Below the pieces are notes generated by a model. The model had not been told where the DNA came from. It searched no databases and saw only the letters and a list, made by a program, of their open reading frames with translations. Position numbers and translations under genes: made by a program. From a phage: a DNA stretch of 64,000 nt. Below, piece after piece: positions 1 through 10,292 of this stretch. The stretch is taken from sequence record PQ478073.1, one strand, 5' to 3'. Position 1 is the stretch's first letter. Each line of letters begins with the position of its first letter.

Positions 1-3000
1 TTTAAAATCAGCTTTGTAATCTTCAGCAGCACTGTTTCCAAATAAAGGTAAGTACTCAGCACTATGCCAAATGATACTATCACTAATGACTATTTTTTGT
101 TCAACATCTTTGAACATATCTTTTAATTCAACCGATGTTGGTGGTTTAGGAATACTACCAACAGCATTATTTTTCAACCAAACGTCAACTTCAGTTTTAT
201 ATGAATTGGTTAATACATACATATCAATTAAGTTTGTTCTACTAGGATCAATGCGATTGTCGTCAGGTGCATAGTGTTTCCAATGGAAGTCTATACTAGT
301 ACGTGCATTAGTTTTAACAGTGTACTGTGAAGTAACATCTTTGTATCCATAATAATCTAGCTTCTGATTCTCGTCAGCATTAGTTCCCATGTTATTAATT
401 GCACGATAAAAAGCCAATTCAGGACTAACAGTGCCAGTATCATCGGAATAAGTTAAATTACTAATTAGTTGTCCCAAACGATCATTGTTATTGCCAACTG
501 TTTGTTCAATAAAATAATATTTACCATCATAGTTAAAACCAACTAAAAATCCAGAACCTTTACTATATAATCCACTCAATGTGGTTGAACGAATTGCGTT
601 ATTTCTAACAAATTCAGTTCTTTTATATGCATTCGGCTCTGCCAAAGCTTGTTCCATTGTATAAGACCACGATGAATCAAGAAGTGTGAAGGTATCATTT
701 GGTAACGACAGTACTGATATAGTGAAATCACTATTTTCCTGAAATACCAAAATACCACCATATTTTAATGCATCGGTTCCAGTCCAAGTAGGAACAATTT
801 CTTTAAATTGGTTTGGTTCCAATGGTATACCATTACTATCTACTTTCCTAGATGTAACAATAACACGAGAACCATCTAGATAGCCATTCTCTTGTTGAAT
901 TGTGTCATAAATTTGAAAATCTATATTACTTGTCAATCCTGAATTACTACTACTAGTAGTGTTAGATGATAAAATTTCAATCTTATCACTTTGAACTGTA
1001 CCAGTACTTATATCAGTAATTTTTTTAGATGATACAAAGTAAAATCTTACTTTTTCTCCACCCACAAAAATATATTCAATACCGTTAGCATCAAATTCCC
1101 AAGTTTCTGCTGTATATTTTACATTTATTATAATTAAAACTTCATTACCATTATACACAATAGTATCGTCATTAGTACTTGCTTCGATTGGAACCCATGA
1201 AGTTGTTTCTTTATCATGTACAATTACAAAATCGGTTTTTTTATCCAACATAGCAGAAATAGACTGAACTTCAACTGTGTTAAATCTAGTTCTATATGGT
1301 AATATGTACTCTATTGCTTGCATTCCACTAGGAACAGATGTGCTTAGTACATAAAAACCATTATCTAACACACTTACAACACTTGCCCATATCGTAGTAC
1401 CAGAATTAGAAAATTTAATAAGAGTACCTACCTGATACGAACCATACACTGTTCCAGACGAACCCAAAATTCTGCCATATGTATTGGTTGTGTAATTTGA
1501 ATTGTACACTGGAGTCCATGCTTGTTGTATTTCAATACCAATTGTATTGGATGGATACGCTTGATAACGTTGTATTACTGCATTTTCCCCAATCAATGGT
1601 TGAATATTGTCAATAACAATACTAGCATTTGTTTTTGTAGTTGGGAGCAATAACGATCTATTAAATTGCGTGTTTTCTTGATATAATGCACCATCATCAC
1701 TAAAAACGTCGGTATTCTGATACTTACCAGTAGGATCATTGATATCAATGAACCTTGATTGACCACTATAAATTCTATTAATAGCTTTAGATTTAAGTAC
1801 TGTATTTCCTAAACTAAGTGGTGCTATATTATAATCTTCACCATTGACAAAACGGTTTTGGGTATAGTACATTTGTGGTGCACGTGCTTTAATCTGCTCA
1901 ATAGTTTCAGCACTTTGTGCACGGTCGGACTCATATTGTAATGAAAAACGTATATCCAATGTACTAGATTCATAACTTGACTGTGTTTTTGTACGATATG
2001 TATATTTTACGCTTTTATTTTGAATTTCAGAAGTTTTAATGTTATATGTTTTACCATTACTAACACGATACCATACACGGAACGTCCCACGGGGAACAAC
2101 ACCACTTCTTGAGTCTGGGTACTTAATTGTTATTTGGTCTTTATCACGAGTAGTAACAGCAAAAATTGTTTTTAATTGACGATTAACAGTGTTATATGCA
2201 ATACTTTCCATTGATGGAACTTTTGTCCATTTGGTACGAACAATACCATCTTCATTTATTTCTTGAACCCATACATCAGTTTCGTTGATATTATCAACGT
2301 TAATATCTTGTATACGGTTCTCTTCACGGATAGCATATTGATAATCTTGATATGTTAATGTACCTTGTACGAAATATACAAAAAACCCAGTATTTGGTGA
2401 GCTAAATCCATTACCATCATTTTGATAAACAATATATTTTTGCTCTTGTGGTTCTGGATGTCGTTCTTCAACACCAACAGACGTAATGTCAGGATTCACT
2501 ACTTCAAATGTCATAGATTCACCATTGACAGTTGCAATAAATGGAATACTGGGTGCTGTCATTGGGATGGTGTTCATTCGATATAGTTGACGGGAGACAC
2601 CATTAACATCAATACGCTTGACTGGATTACCAAATTGGTTAGTACTGACAAATGAACTGTTCATTACTAGAATAAAGTTTTCATACCAGTTAGCATCCAT
2701 CGGGTCATTCCAACGAATAATTTTATCTTTTAATGATTCATTAAAACTATTACGAACATCTTGGTTTGTTTTAATTTCGGTTAATTTAGCAACTGCACGA
2801 CCTGGATATGAGCGGCGTGGTGAGTAAGAAATCATTTTAGCTAGTTTTAGTACTGATGCACGACGAGTTGCAGTATCTAAAAAGTTTTCACGTGTGTTCA
2901 AATCCATACGAAATGCCAAGTTCTGACCTAGCATAGAAATCGTATCTAAAATAAAAATAAACTGGTCGTTTTCGATCCAGTCATTGAATGAGTCTGGGTA

Positions 3001-3141
3001 AGTTGCACGTAGATAATCAATCATACTCTGACGGATAGTGTCGAAATCATAAGCTGTTAGATTGATTTTATAAAAACTTTCATATACTTGAGTCCAATCC
3101 TCACCAGCGTATAAATTTGATTGCCTTTTTTGTTGTGACAT
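1..3141 (-). CDS. large baseplate wedge protein, gp6/gpJ-like (partial; runs off window edge)
   Basis: Hand translation of minus strand from ATG at 3141 gives an uninterrupted frame of >1040 codons (MSQQKRQSNLYAGEDW...) to the window edge; follows spike-lysozyme-gp25 in conserved baseplate order. Confidence 0.5.
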   Translation of the reverse strand, partial: MSQQKRQSNLYAGEDWTQVYESFYKINLTAYDFDTIRQSMIDYLRATYPDSFNDWIENDQFIFILDTISMLGQNLAFRMDLNTRENFLDTATRRASVLKLAKMISYSPRRSYPGRAVAKLTEIKTNQDVRNSFNESLKDKIIRWNDPMDANWYENFILVMNSSFVSTNQFGNPVKRIDVNGVSRQLYRMNTIPMTAPSIPFIATVNGESMTFEVVNPDITSVGVEERHPEPQEQKYIVYQNDGNGFSSPNTGFFVYFVQGTLTYQDYQYAIREENRIQDINVDNINETDVWVQEINEDGIVRTKWTKVPSMESIAYNTVNRQLKTIFAVTTRDKDQITIKYPDSRSGVVPRGTFRVWYRVSNGKTYNIKTSEIQNKSVKYTYRTKTQSSYESSTLDIRFSLQYESDRAQSAETIEQIKARAPQMYYTQNRFVNGEDYNIAPLSLGNTVLKSKAINRIYSGQSRFIDINDPTGKYQNTDVFSDDGALYQENTQFNRSLLLPTTKTNASIVIDNIQPLIGENAVIQRYQAYPSNTIGIEIQQAWTPVYNSNYTTNTYGRILGSSGTVYGSYQVGTLIKFSNSGTTIWASVVSVLDNGFYVLSTSVPSGMQAIEYILPYRTRFNTVEVQSISAMLDKKTDFVIVHDKETTSWVPIEASTNDDTIVYNGNEVLIIINVKYTAETWEFDANGIEYIFVGGEKVRFYFVSSKKITDISTGTVQSDKIEILSSNTTSSSNSGLTSNIDFQIYDTIQQENGYLDGSRVIVTSRKVDSNGIPLEPNQFKEIVPTWTGTDALKYGGILVFQENSDFTISVLSLPNDTFTLLDSSWSYTMEQALAEPNAYKRTEFVRNNAIRSTTLSGLYSKGSGFLVGFNYDGKYYFIEQTVGNNNDRLGQLISNLTYSDDTGTVSPELAFYRAINNMGTNADENQKLDYYGYKDVTSQYTVKTNARTSIDFHWKHYAPDDNRIDPSRTNLIDMYVLTNSYKTEVDVWLKNNAVGSIPKPPTSVELKDMFKDVEQKIVISDSIIWHSAEYLPLFGNSAAEDYKADFK

Positions 3142-3206
3142 AATTTATTCCTTTAAATCAGTAAAGTACTAGTTCAGTACTGGGAATTATATATAGAAAT
3201 ATTTAT

Positions 3207-3238
3207 TCAAAAAGAAAAGCACTCCGAAGAGTGCTTTT
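3207..3238 (-). terminator. intrinsic terminator
   Basis: AGCACTC-cgaa-GAGTGCT hairpin with T-run on minus strand, after gp25-like gene. Confidence 0.55.
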
Positions 3239-3242
3239 ATAA

Positions 3243-3638
3243 TTATAAAGACGAAACTGAATATGTTGCCATTCGGTTATTACTTCTAGCATCAAATACA
3301 ATAGTAAGTTCTTCTAATGCATCTAATACTACATACTCTAATACGATGTTCATTTGATAACCATATTCTATTCTTGAAATTTGCAATTTCTTGAGATTCA
3401 ATCTTGGATCTAAGCTAATTATTCTACGGGCATCTGCTTCTAAAAGGTTGATAGTATTATAACCTTCTAGTTCAAATAACAAATCCCATGCAATAAAACC
3501 ATAGTCCGCATCAAATGCTCTTTCGCCTTTTTTTGTGTTAAAATGATTCATTAAATCTTGACGAACCAGTTCACTATCATACAATGTTTCGGTTCTACCC
3601 ACAACAGGAGTATGAAATCCTTTAAAAACAACTGCCAT
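3243..3638 (-). CDS. baseplate wedge subunit, gp25/GPW family
   Basis: 131 aa; TKKGERAFDADYG...LFE...PRL...IEY pattern matches recalled T4 gp25 (TRKGSRPFDPEFG...LFE...PRI); terminator just downstream. Confidence 0.7.
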   Translation of the reverse strand: MAVVFKGFHTPVVGRTETLYDSELVRQDLMNHFNTKKGERAFDADYGFIAWDLLFELEGYNTINLLEADARRIISLDPRLNLKKLQISRIEYGYQMNIVLEYVVLDALEELTIVFDARSNNRMATYSVSSL

Positions 3639-3652
3639 TGATTATTCCTTTA

Positions 3653-4141
3653 TTATACGGATTCAACGATACGTGCCATCTTTTCCGCTCTTGAAGTGGT
3701 TTGTTTATACCAAGTACTATCACGCATTTCTTTACCAGCAGTTTTGTAATCACCCTTACCCAAAGCAGTGAGTGCTTTTTTGAATTTCAAAACTTTGGTT
3801 TTGCCCATTTGGAATACCATTAACCATAATACACGTTGTACTTGGACTGGTGCGGTCATACCAAATTGTTCATAAATTGATTTTGCATCATTGTACGCAG
3901 TTTGTGCATCTTTAAGAAGAAGTTGGTCAGCTTGTGATTCAGTTAGTCCATTTTTGAAGTTTTCACCTGGAAGAACTAGATGACCATAACCAATAGTATC
4001 AAGACCTAAGCTGTCTTTATATACCCAAAACTTATCATTTTTAAAATAACCAAGTTTTTTCTGGTATGCAATTGTACCTTCAAATTCTTTTACTTCTTTG
4101 AAAAATTGCTCATCTGTATTTTTAATTTCCCATTTACTCAT
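3653..4141 (-). CDS. e: endolysin, T4 lysozyme-like (GH24)
   Basis: 162 aa; catalytic E...D...T triad context EFEGT...KDSLGLDTIGYGH; TATAAATA late box upstream on minus strand. Confidence 0.85.
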   Translation of the reverse strand: MSKWEIKNTDEQFFKEVKEFEGTIAYQKKLGYFKNDKFWVYKDSLGLDTIGYGHLVLPGENFKNGLTESQADQLLLKDAQTAYNDAKSIYEQFGMTAPVQVQRVLWLMVFQMGKTKVLKFKKALTALGKGDYKTAGKEMRDSTWYKQTTSRAEKMARIVESV

Positions 4142-4157
4142 AAAGATATCCTCGTTT

Positions 4158-4165
4158 TATTTATA
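4158..4165 (-). promoter_or_regulatory. T4-type late promoter box TATAAATA (endolysin)
   Basis: Exact TATAAATA on minus strand 17 nt upstream of ATG. Confidence 0.5.
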
Positions 4166-4177
4166 GTGCTAAAATAT

Positions 4178-6841
4178 TTATTGACATGCCTCCAAACGAC
4201 GAGCCATTAACTCCGCACGGCGGGTGGTTTGGCGATACCAAGCAGAATTGCGGATTTGTGCCGCTGCTTGTTTATAATTACCTTTTGCCATTTCTGATAA
4301 CATAGTTTTAAATTTCAATACACCACCTTTACCCATCTGAAATACCATTTGGCATAGTACTTGTTGAGCAAGATAAGGAGTTTTCATGTTATATGAAGCA
4401 TAAATTGATTTGGCATCATAAATTGCTTTACTACTATCACGAACTAACATATCATTTGCTTGTTGTTCAGTTATTCCATCAGAGAAGTTTTCACCGCTAA
4501 CAATTAAGTGACCGTAACCAATAGTTGGATATCCACGACTATCTAAATAACGCCAGAACTTACCATTACGATAATACCCCTTTGCTTGTTGATATTGTAA
4601 TGTACCCTCATATTCTTTTAATTCAGAAATAAACTGAGCATCACCAGGAACAACTTTCCAATCTATGGCTGTTTTATCAACATTACCTATATTATAAGTT
4701 GGTTGCTCAACTGGCGTAGTTGAAACACCACTTCTTTGTGTTCTTCTTCGACGAGGAACATGTCGTGAACCACGTTGTGAATAACCTGTACCAATTGTTT
4801 TAATTTTTGTAGTAACTACTAATTCATCACTATCAACAGAAGGTTGCACTACTGCTTGAGGTGCAGATTGATTGGTTGCTTTTCCTGCAATTAATGTTTT
4901 ATTGGCTGCGTCAGAACCAGTACCAGTTTGAGATGCATAAAATAGACCCGGATCAACTGAACCGCTAAAACCAAGCACGTTAGCTGATGTAACACGTATT
5001 TCAAACTGTATAACACCATTTGCTTTACCAACAACTTGGCCTTTTTGAACAACATCTTTGTTTAATAAATCAGATTGAATATTATAAAATACAGATTTAT
5101 ATCCTGACTTATGTTGTATTAACAGTGCACCATTAGTAATTACTATTACACCACCATCGGGTGCAACTATGTCACCTTTACATTGTATTTCCCATCCAGA
5201 ACGATCTGACTTCCCACCACTTTGTGTTGGAACACCTTTCCCCCAATAACCATATTGGCGAATAGTACCACTACATGGCATGAACATATGTAAACCTTCA
5301 TATGTAATACTATATCCAGTCATCCCAGGGTCAGATGTCATTAAATCTTGAGATTGCACTTGTTCAGTTTCTGATGTATAGTTAACAAACTGAACAGCTT
5401 CAGTGTCTTGTGCTACGGGTAATTCTGGTGATACATCATTTGCTGGTTGTGGTTGTACTGGTGATTCACTAGAACCACTTCCACCACCTTGTCTTGGTGG
5501 TTCAACATAACTACCATGATTTTCAGCGTTAACCCATGCAGCAATATCATGAATGTGTTCATTAAGACCAGCAGATGGTGTTCTAAAGTTTGGTGCAGTA
5601 AATTCAGCAGTACCGCTATTACCACCACTATTAACTGTTAATGTTTGACCACCACCACTAATAATTGCTGATGATGATCCAATTAGGTTTGCAGATGTTG
5701 CGGCAGAAATAGAAGCATTTGAACCAGCCGTAATATCAGTACTGCTACCACTTTGCATACGTAATGATGCAGCAGTAACTAAACGAAGGTCTGCCCCAGA
5801 ATTAACAACAACTTGTCCACCAACTTTTGCATCAAGAGCACCAATTAGATCTAATTTAGTATTTGCACCAACTCGTGCATTGAAATCTTGTCCGGTTTCA
5901 ATATTATATGAACGTCCAGCAGTAATATTAATATCTTGACCAGCACGAATATTAATATTCTTATCACAGTGCATGTCAATATCACCTTCACCAGTGAATT
6001 TTATACGTGCAGTGCCATCACGGTTAATTAAAAGAACATCACCAGTAGCTTCTGATAAAAGAAGTTGTGCACCACTACGTGTTTTTATTACGACACCTTC
6101 ATTTTTACGAGAACCAACACGTGTATCGTTTACTGGGTTATTAAATTGTGTATCTTGATATCCATCTGGGTCTTGATCCCACGTTGGTGCTGTTAATTCC
6201 TCTTCAGTATATCCATCATCAATAATAAAACTATTACCACGTGGCGAAGACATACCATATACAGTACTGGTGGTTTGTCGAGTACTACTACGATTCGCCA
6301 ACCCAGCTTCTTCGTCATATAAAAGGTTTTGCTTTTTAAGACCTGCGATAATTGGAACGTTAGCATATTTGTCTTGCATATCGGTAGTGATAGTGTTACG
6401 ATCATAGTCAGTAACAGGAAGTGGCATATCAGTTCCACCATAATTACTTACTTCAGTTGCCATGCCTGGAACCATAGTATTCATACGCTGGTCATATACA
6501 CAACCAATCCAATATGCTTGGAATGTACGGGCTTGTGCAAAAATTACAACAACTGTACACCCTACGTCTGGTGGTACTGCCCAAAAACCGTATCCTTTTG
6601 GATATTGACCATATGCATCAGCACTTGGAATACCTGGTGTTTTACCAGCAAAAGGAGACATGTAAGATGCTTCTATCCATGATTCTTTTGAGTTTTTATC
6701 ACTTTGAGAACCTTGTATCCAAACTTTCAGTTTTCCTGATTTAGTTGGATCTCTGTTATCCATAACAGTTGCTAACTGCGGATAAGATGGGTCAAAACGA
6801 CCCAACTGCTGTTGTGCATACTTTTTACTTGTATCTGCCAT
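4178..6841 (-). CDS. baseplate central spike, gp5-like, with beta-helix repeats, degenerate M23-like region and C-terminal T4-lysozyme domain
   Basis: 887 aa; N-terminal gp5/VgrG OB-fold-like segment (GFWAVPPDVGCTVVVIF...YWIGCVYD), G/S/T/N-rich repeat region, C-terminal EYEGT...DSRGYPTIGYGH ~50% identical to adjacent endolysin. Confidence 0.75.
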   Translation of the reverse strand: MADTSKKYAQQQLGRFDPSYPQLATVMDNRDPTKSGKLKVWIQGSQSDKNSKESWIEASYMSPFAGKTPGIPSADAYGQYPKGYGFWAVPPDVGCTVVVIFAQARTFQAYWIGCVYDQRMNTMVPGMATEVSNYGGTDMPLPVTDYDRNTITTDMQDKYANVPIIAGLKKQNLLYDEEAGLANRSSTRQTTSTVYGMSSPRGNSFIIDDGYTEEELTAPTWDQDPDGYQDTQFNNPVNDTRVGSRKNEGVVIKTRSGAQLLLSEATGDVLLINRDGTARIKFTGEGDIDMHCDKNINIRAGQDINITAGRSYNIETGQDFNARVGANTKLDLIGALDAKVGGQVVVNSGADLRLVTAASLRMQSGSSTDITAGSNASISAATSANLIGSSSAIISGGGQTLTVNSGGNSGTAEFTAPNFRTPSAGLNEHIHDIAAWVNAENHGSYVEPPRQGGGSGSSESPVQPQPANDVSPELPVAQDTEAVQFVNYTSETEQVQSQDLMTSDPGMTGYSITYEGLHMFMPCSGTIRQYGYWGKGVPTQSGGKSDRSGWEIQCKGDIVAPDGGVIVITNGALLIQHKSGYKSVFYNIQSDLLNKDVVQKGQVVGKANGVIQFEIRVTSANVLGFSGSVDPGLFYASQTGTGSDAANKTLIAGKATNQSAPQAVVQPSVDSDELVVTTKIKTIGTGYSQRGSRHVPRRRRTQRSGVSTTPVEQPTYNIGNVDKTAIDWKVVPGDAQFISELKEYEGTLQYQQAKGYYRNGKFWRYLDSRGYPTIGYGHLIVSGENFSDGITEQQANDMLVRDSSKAIYDAKSIYASYNMKTPYLAQQVLCQMVFQMGKGGVLKFKTMLSEMAKGNYKQAAAQIRNSAWYRQTTRRAELMARRLEACQ

Positions 6842-6854
6842 AATATTTTATTCC

Positions 6855-9104
6855 TTAATCAACTATACTATCGTGACGTTTAAGTGCACGAATTACAATT
6901 GCAGCTTGAATTTGTTGTGTAAAAGAACCACCTGCACCAAAATCATGAACAATTTTATTAACACGATAAATTGTTTGGTTAAATGTGGTTGGTGTATTAA
7001 TATCCAAAACACCAGTGTTATCATTTATTGATATTACTGGTTGTAATTTTAGTAATAGATACGCTTCAGATGTTATATAATTTGCTACATGATAATCATC
7101 TGGGTTAATTTCCATATCTTCACCATTAATTACTTGTTCTAGATATTGTAAGTAAGAGTAATCACTCCACCCTAACCAGTACGGGTCGCCTACTACACGC
7201 ATATCGAGTTTACACAAAAAAGGTCTATTGTAATAGTTGTCACGTATTTTACGTCTATCCATTTCATATGTGCTGCTGTTATCGTTTAACGAAGCGGATA
7301 AAGTTGTTTCATTGTTAGTTGCTTCGGTTGGCATTGTGAACACTTCACCATAACGGTGACCAACACCATCAGTACCGCCATCGTTTTCTTCATAAGTGGT
7401 TACATAATCTTCAATATATTGAGGTAAAACATTGACTTGATAGTTATTATAACGGTCTTGTTCTTCTGCGTTACCAACCTGCATTTGATTTTTTGCTAAA
7501 GTTTCAACTTCAGTTAACAATTGTTGTTGGGCTTGTGTTAACATCCCTCCTAAATCACGAGTTACACGTAAATCACTTGTTTTTGCCCATGCGTCTGGTA
7601 TACTATTGTATTGTACACCTTGAATATTGAGTTCTTGGGATGTATGTGTACCTGCATGGTTCGCTACATCTTGTATCGGACCAGGGTTACGTGTAGTGGC
7701 TACGAAAAATTGCTGATCAAATTTCAAATCCAAATCAAGTATCTCACTATTAAGCCCACTAAATTGATAATTATAAGTTTTCATGTTTATTTTTGGTTTT
7801 TGATCATTAGGATCTACGTATTTTTCTGCGTTCTCAAAAAAGTACTCAAATGTGAAATTTTCAGGTTGTAAATCCGATTCATGAACAATATCACCTATTT
7901 TAAATCTAACAATATAAAAAATTACTTTATAAACAGAAGTATTACGATAATTATCAAAACCAACGTATTGTTTAACTGGTATAATGTTTACAAATTGACG
8001 CACACTAGTACTATCATCGGCTTGTACAGTACATGTATCAATAACGTCATCAATAATTCGAGATATAGGAGTACTTGGGTTCCATGAAAAGTTTTTAGAA
8101 CCTTGTGCACCACTTTTAGTTGTTCCGGCCTCTGCCATTTGTTTAGAATCATAGTTTATAAACAAATCTTGCAAATCAGGTGCTACTTTAAATTCGAAAA
8201 ATTTACCTTCGGATAATTCACCAAATTTATATCTAAGATAACCATATTGTTGGTCAGCCATCTGATTTAATTTATCTTCTAAATCAAAGCAGAAGTCACC
8301 AAAGTTTTCAGCAGTACAATTGAATGGTTCTTTTAAGGTCCATTCAATGTTATCAACTAAAGCTGCTCTATTATGAACTAAGTTCATAGTATACATCATA
8401 GTACTACCACTTTGTGAAGCACTTGCAGTAACACTATTAATTTTAACTGACCAGCGTCTTGTTGTTTCTGGGATAATTTCAGGTATTCCATTTTTATTAA
8501 AGCCAATAAACTTTAATTCCAAGATCAATGGCAAGTCCATAAATTTATGATATCTAAGTTTGTTACTTAACGAAATTAATTCATCATATAGACTCATACT
8601 ATTATTTTCAGACATATTAAGTACTGCTGTATTAAAACAATAGTTTGTTGTCATTCCTGGTGTTGAAGGTCCAGCTTGTGTCATTTGTACACTAGTGATA
8701 TTATATTTGCCAGTAACACCACTTTCTGATATCACATGTCGTTGCACTTCTGCATCTGGGTAAAGCCAAAAGTTTTTAAAATCATCTTTATCTAAGGCAA
8801 ATAAACAAAAGTGCCAAGTTGGGTTATCATATTTCAATAATTTATTGTCATACGGTATTACAAACTGACTTAAATCGAGATCTTCATAAACTTGATCAAC
8901 ACTAGCACTTTGTTTTGGTAATGATACTACATTACTTACATTTGCTTTGTAATTATTTTTTGTAATAGTTTTTACATCATTTTGTAATGTATTTGCTGTA
9001 GCTTTCAAACTATCAAGTGCATTAGATGTGGTGGTTTTAGCCTTACCAGTAATACTTGTAATATCATTTTGAAAATTATCAACTGTACTTCGTAAATCTG
9101 CCAT
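6855..9104 (-). CDS. baseplate/tail structural protein (hub-associated?)
   Basis: 749-aa ORF immediately upstream of spike gene in minus-strand structural operon; no diagnostic motif recognised. Confidence 0.45.
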   Translation of the reverse strand: MADLRSTVDNFQNDITSITGKAKTTTSNALDSLKATANTLQNDVKTITKNNYKANVSNVVSLPKQSASVDQVYEDLDLSQFVIPYDNKLLKYDNPTWHFCLFALDKDDFKNFWLYPDAEVQRHVISESGVTGKYNITSVQMTQAGPSTPGMTTNYCFNTAVLNMSENNSMSLYDELISLSNKLRYHKFMDLPLILELKFIGFNKNGIPEIIPETTRRWSVKINSVTASASQSGSTMMYTMNLVHNRAALVDNIEWTLKEPFNCTAENFGDFCFDLEDKLNQMADQQYGYLRYKFGELSEGKFFEFKVAPDLQDLFINYDSKQMAEAGTTKSGAQGSKNFSWNPSTPISRIIDDVIDTCTVQADDSTSVRQFVNIIPVKQYVGFDNYRNTSVYKVIFYIVRFKIGDIVHESDLQPENFTFEYFFENAEKYVDPNDQKPKINMKTYNYQFSGLNSEILDLDLKFDQQFFVATTRNPGPIQDVANHAGTHTSQELNIQGVQYNSIPDAWAKTSDLRVTRDLGGMLTQAQQQLLTEVETLAKNQMQVGNAEEQDRYNNYQVNVLPQYIEDYVTTYEENDGGTDGVGHRYGEVFTMPTEATNNETTLSASLNDNSSTYEMDRRKIRDNYYNRPFLCKLDMRVVGDPYWLGWSDYSYLQYLEQVINGEDMEINPDDYHVANYITSEAYLLLKLQPVISINDNTGVLDINTPTTFNQTIYRVNKIVHDFGAGGSFTQQIQAAIVIRALKRHDSIVD

Positions 9105-9115
9105 ACGTTACTCCA

Positions 9116-9430
9116 TTAGCCTATGTTTCGAGTACCATTAAGATAATTCTGTACTCTTTGATTTGCTGGTATTCTAATTGTTACTCCACTTTTAAAATTA
9201 TATATAGGATCTTCTCCTAGTATGTCTGGATTTAACAATGCGAAAATATAATATAAGCGTTCATTACCATACATTTCGTATGCTAAACGCCAAGGTTGAT
9301 ATTCATATTTCAATGGGATCTCATAAAAATCATCAGTATCAGCCGGAACAATATCACGTGGTAAATTATACCCAAGATACCATGTTTGTTTCACCTTAGC
9401 GTAAGGTGAGTATTGACTATAGTTGGACAT
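9116..9430 (-). CDS. LysM-like baseplate protein (gp53/gpX-like)
   Basis: 104 aa; ERLYYIFALLNPDI...GVTIRIP resembles LysM fold pattern; start overlaps upstream gene stop. Confidence 0.4.
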   Translation of the reverse strand: MSNYSQYSPYAKVKQTWYLGYNLPRDIVPADTDDFYEIPLKYEYQPWRLAYEMYGNERLYYIFALLNPDILGEDPIYNFKSGVTIRIPANQRVQNYLNGTRNIG

Positions 9431-10251
9431 TAAATGAATCCTCCTTTACGTAATAGTTCACCACGTTTGAATGCATTGAGGTTGAACGTTTTAGTCATAT
9501 AATCCGATGTTGGTTGTTCTTCAAGTTGTAACATAACTGAGATTTTTTGTGGAACCCAAACTTCATCTTGTGGGTTCATATATCCAGTACTTCTAAGTTG
9601 TTCGAAGAATTTTCTACTATCCATGTCGGATAAATTAAAAGTACTATCGCTACTATTCAACGGAACTTGAATATAAGAAACATCATTTGGGTAAGTAAAA
9701 TTATAAGATTTTAAAATAACAGGAATATCATTATATGTATAACGACCATATCCACTTAGAAGTAAGATTGGTGGTGGTGCACCTGCAATTGCGAGTTCGG
9801 GGTTATTAGCCGAAGCAGCTTGTCTACCAAAATCCATCAACGAAACAGAACGTATAAAATGAACACATGCCAACGCATACATAGCTTCTGCTGCTGTATT
9901 CGCATAAAATTCACCCTGAATCGTGAAAACTGTATTAGTAGTGTTCTTATAGTTGTTATAGTTACTGTTAGTATGTATAGGGGACTGTGTTTCATACTGA
10001 ATTGACCTTTGTTCAGTAATTGTTGGTGTTACAGTCCAAACCAACCCATTAGTTGGACGCAGAAACGAAAGTAGAGTTGGTTCGGAGCTATCTCCAAAAT
10101 CACCATATACATAGTTAGCACCTGCGGCTTTAGGTCGTAATCGAATTCTACGATCAATCATCTTTTTGATTCTCCATAATAAGGGAACATTTGATGTATT
10201 TATACGTGGGACAAACTGCTTTTTGGTGCTATAATAACATTGATGGTACAA
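9430..10251 (-). CDS. hypothetical baseplate/tail protein
   Basis: 273-aa ORF at head of minus-strand baseplate operon; true start may be an internal Met. Confidence 0.45.
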   Translation of the reverse strand: MYHQCYYSTKKQFVPRINTSNVPLLWRIKKMIDRRIRLRPKAAGANYVYGDFGDSSEPTLLSFLRPTNGLVWTVTPTITEQRSIQYETQSPIHTNSNYNNYKNTTNTVFTIQGEFYANTAAEAMYALACVHFIRSVSLMDFGRQAASANNPELAIAGAPPPILLLSGYGRYTYNDIPVILKSYNFTYPNDVSYIQVPLNSSDSTFNLSDMDSRKFFEQLRSTGYMNPQDEVWVPQKISVMLQLEEQPTSDYMTKTFNLNAFKRGELLRKGGFI

Positions 10252-10292
10252 GGATTGTACCTATTGGATTTAAACATGGAGAGTAAAATACA

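Noticed and set aside
5413-6744. Several 60-120-aa ORFs on both strands within the spike gene
   Set aside because: Alternative-frame or antisense ORFs inside a long gene with clear domain homology
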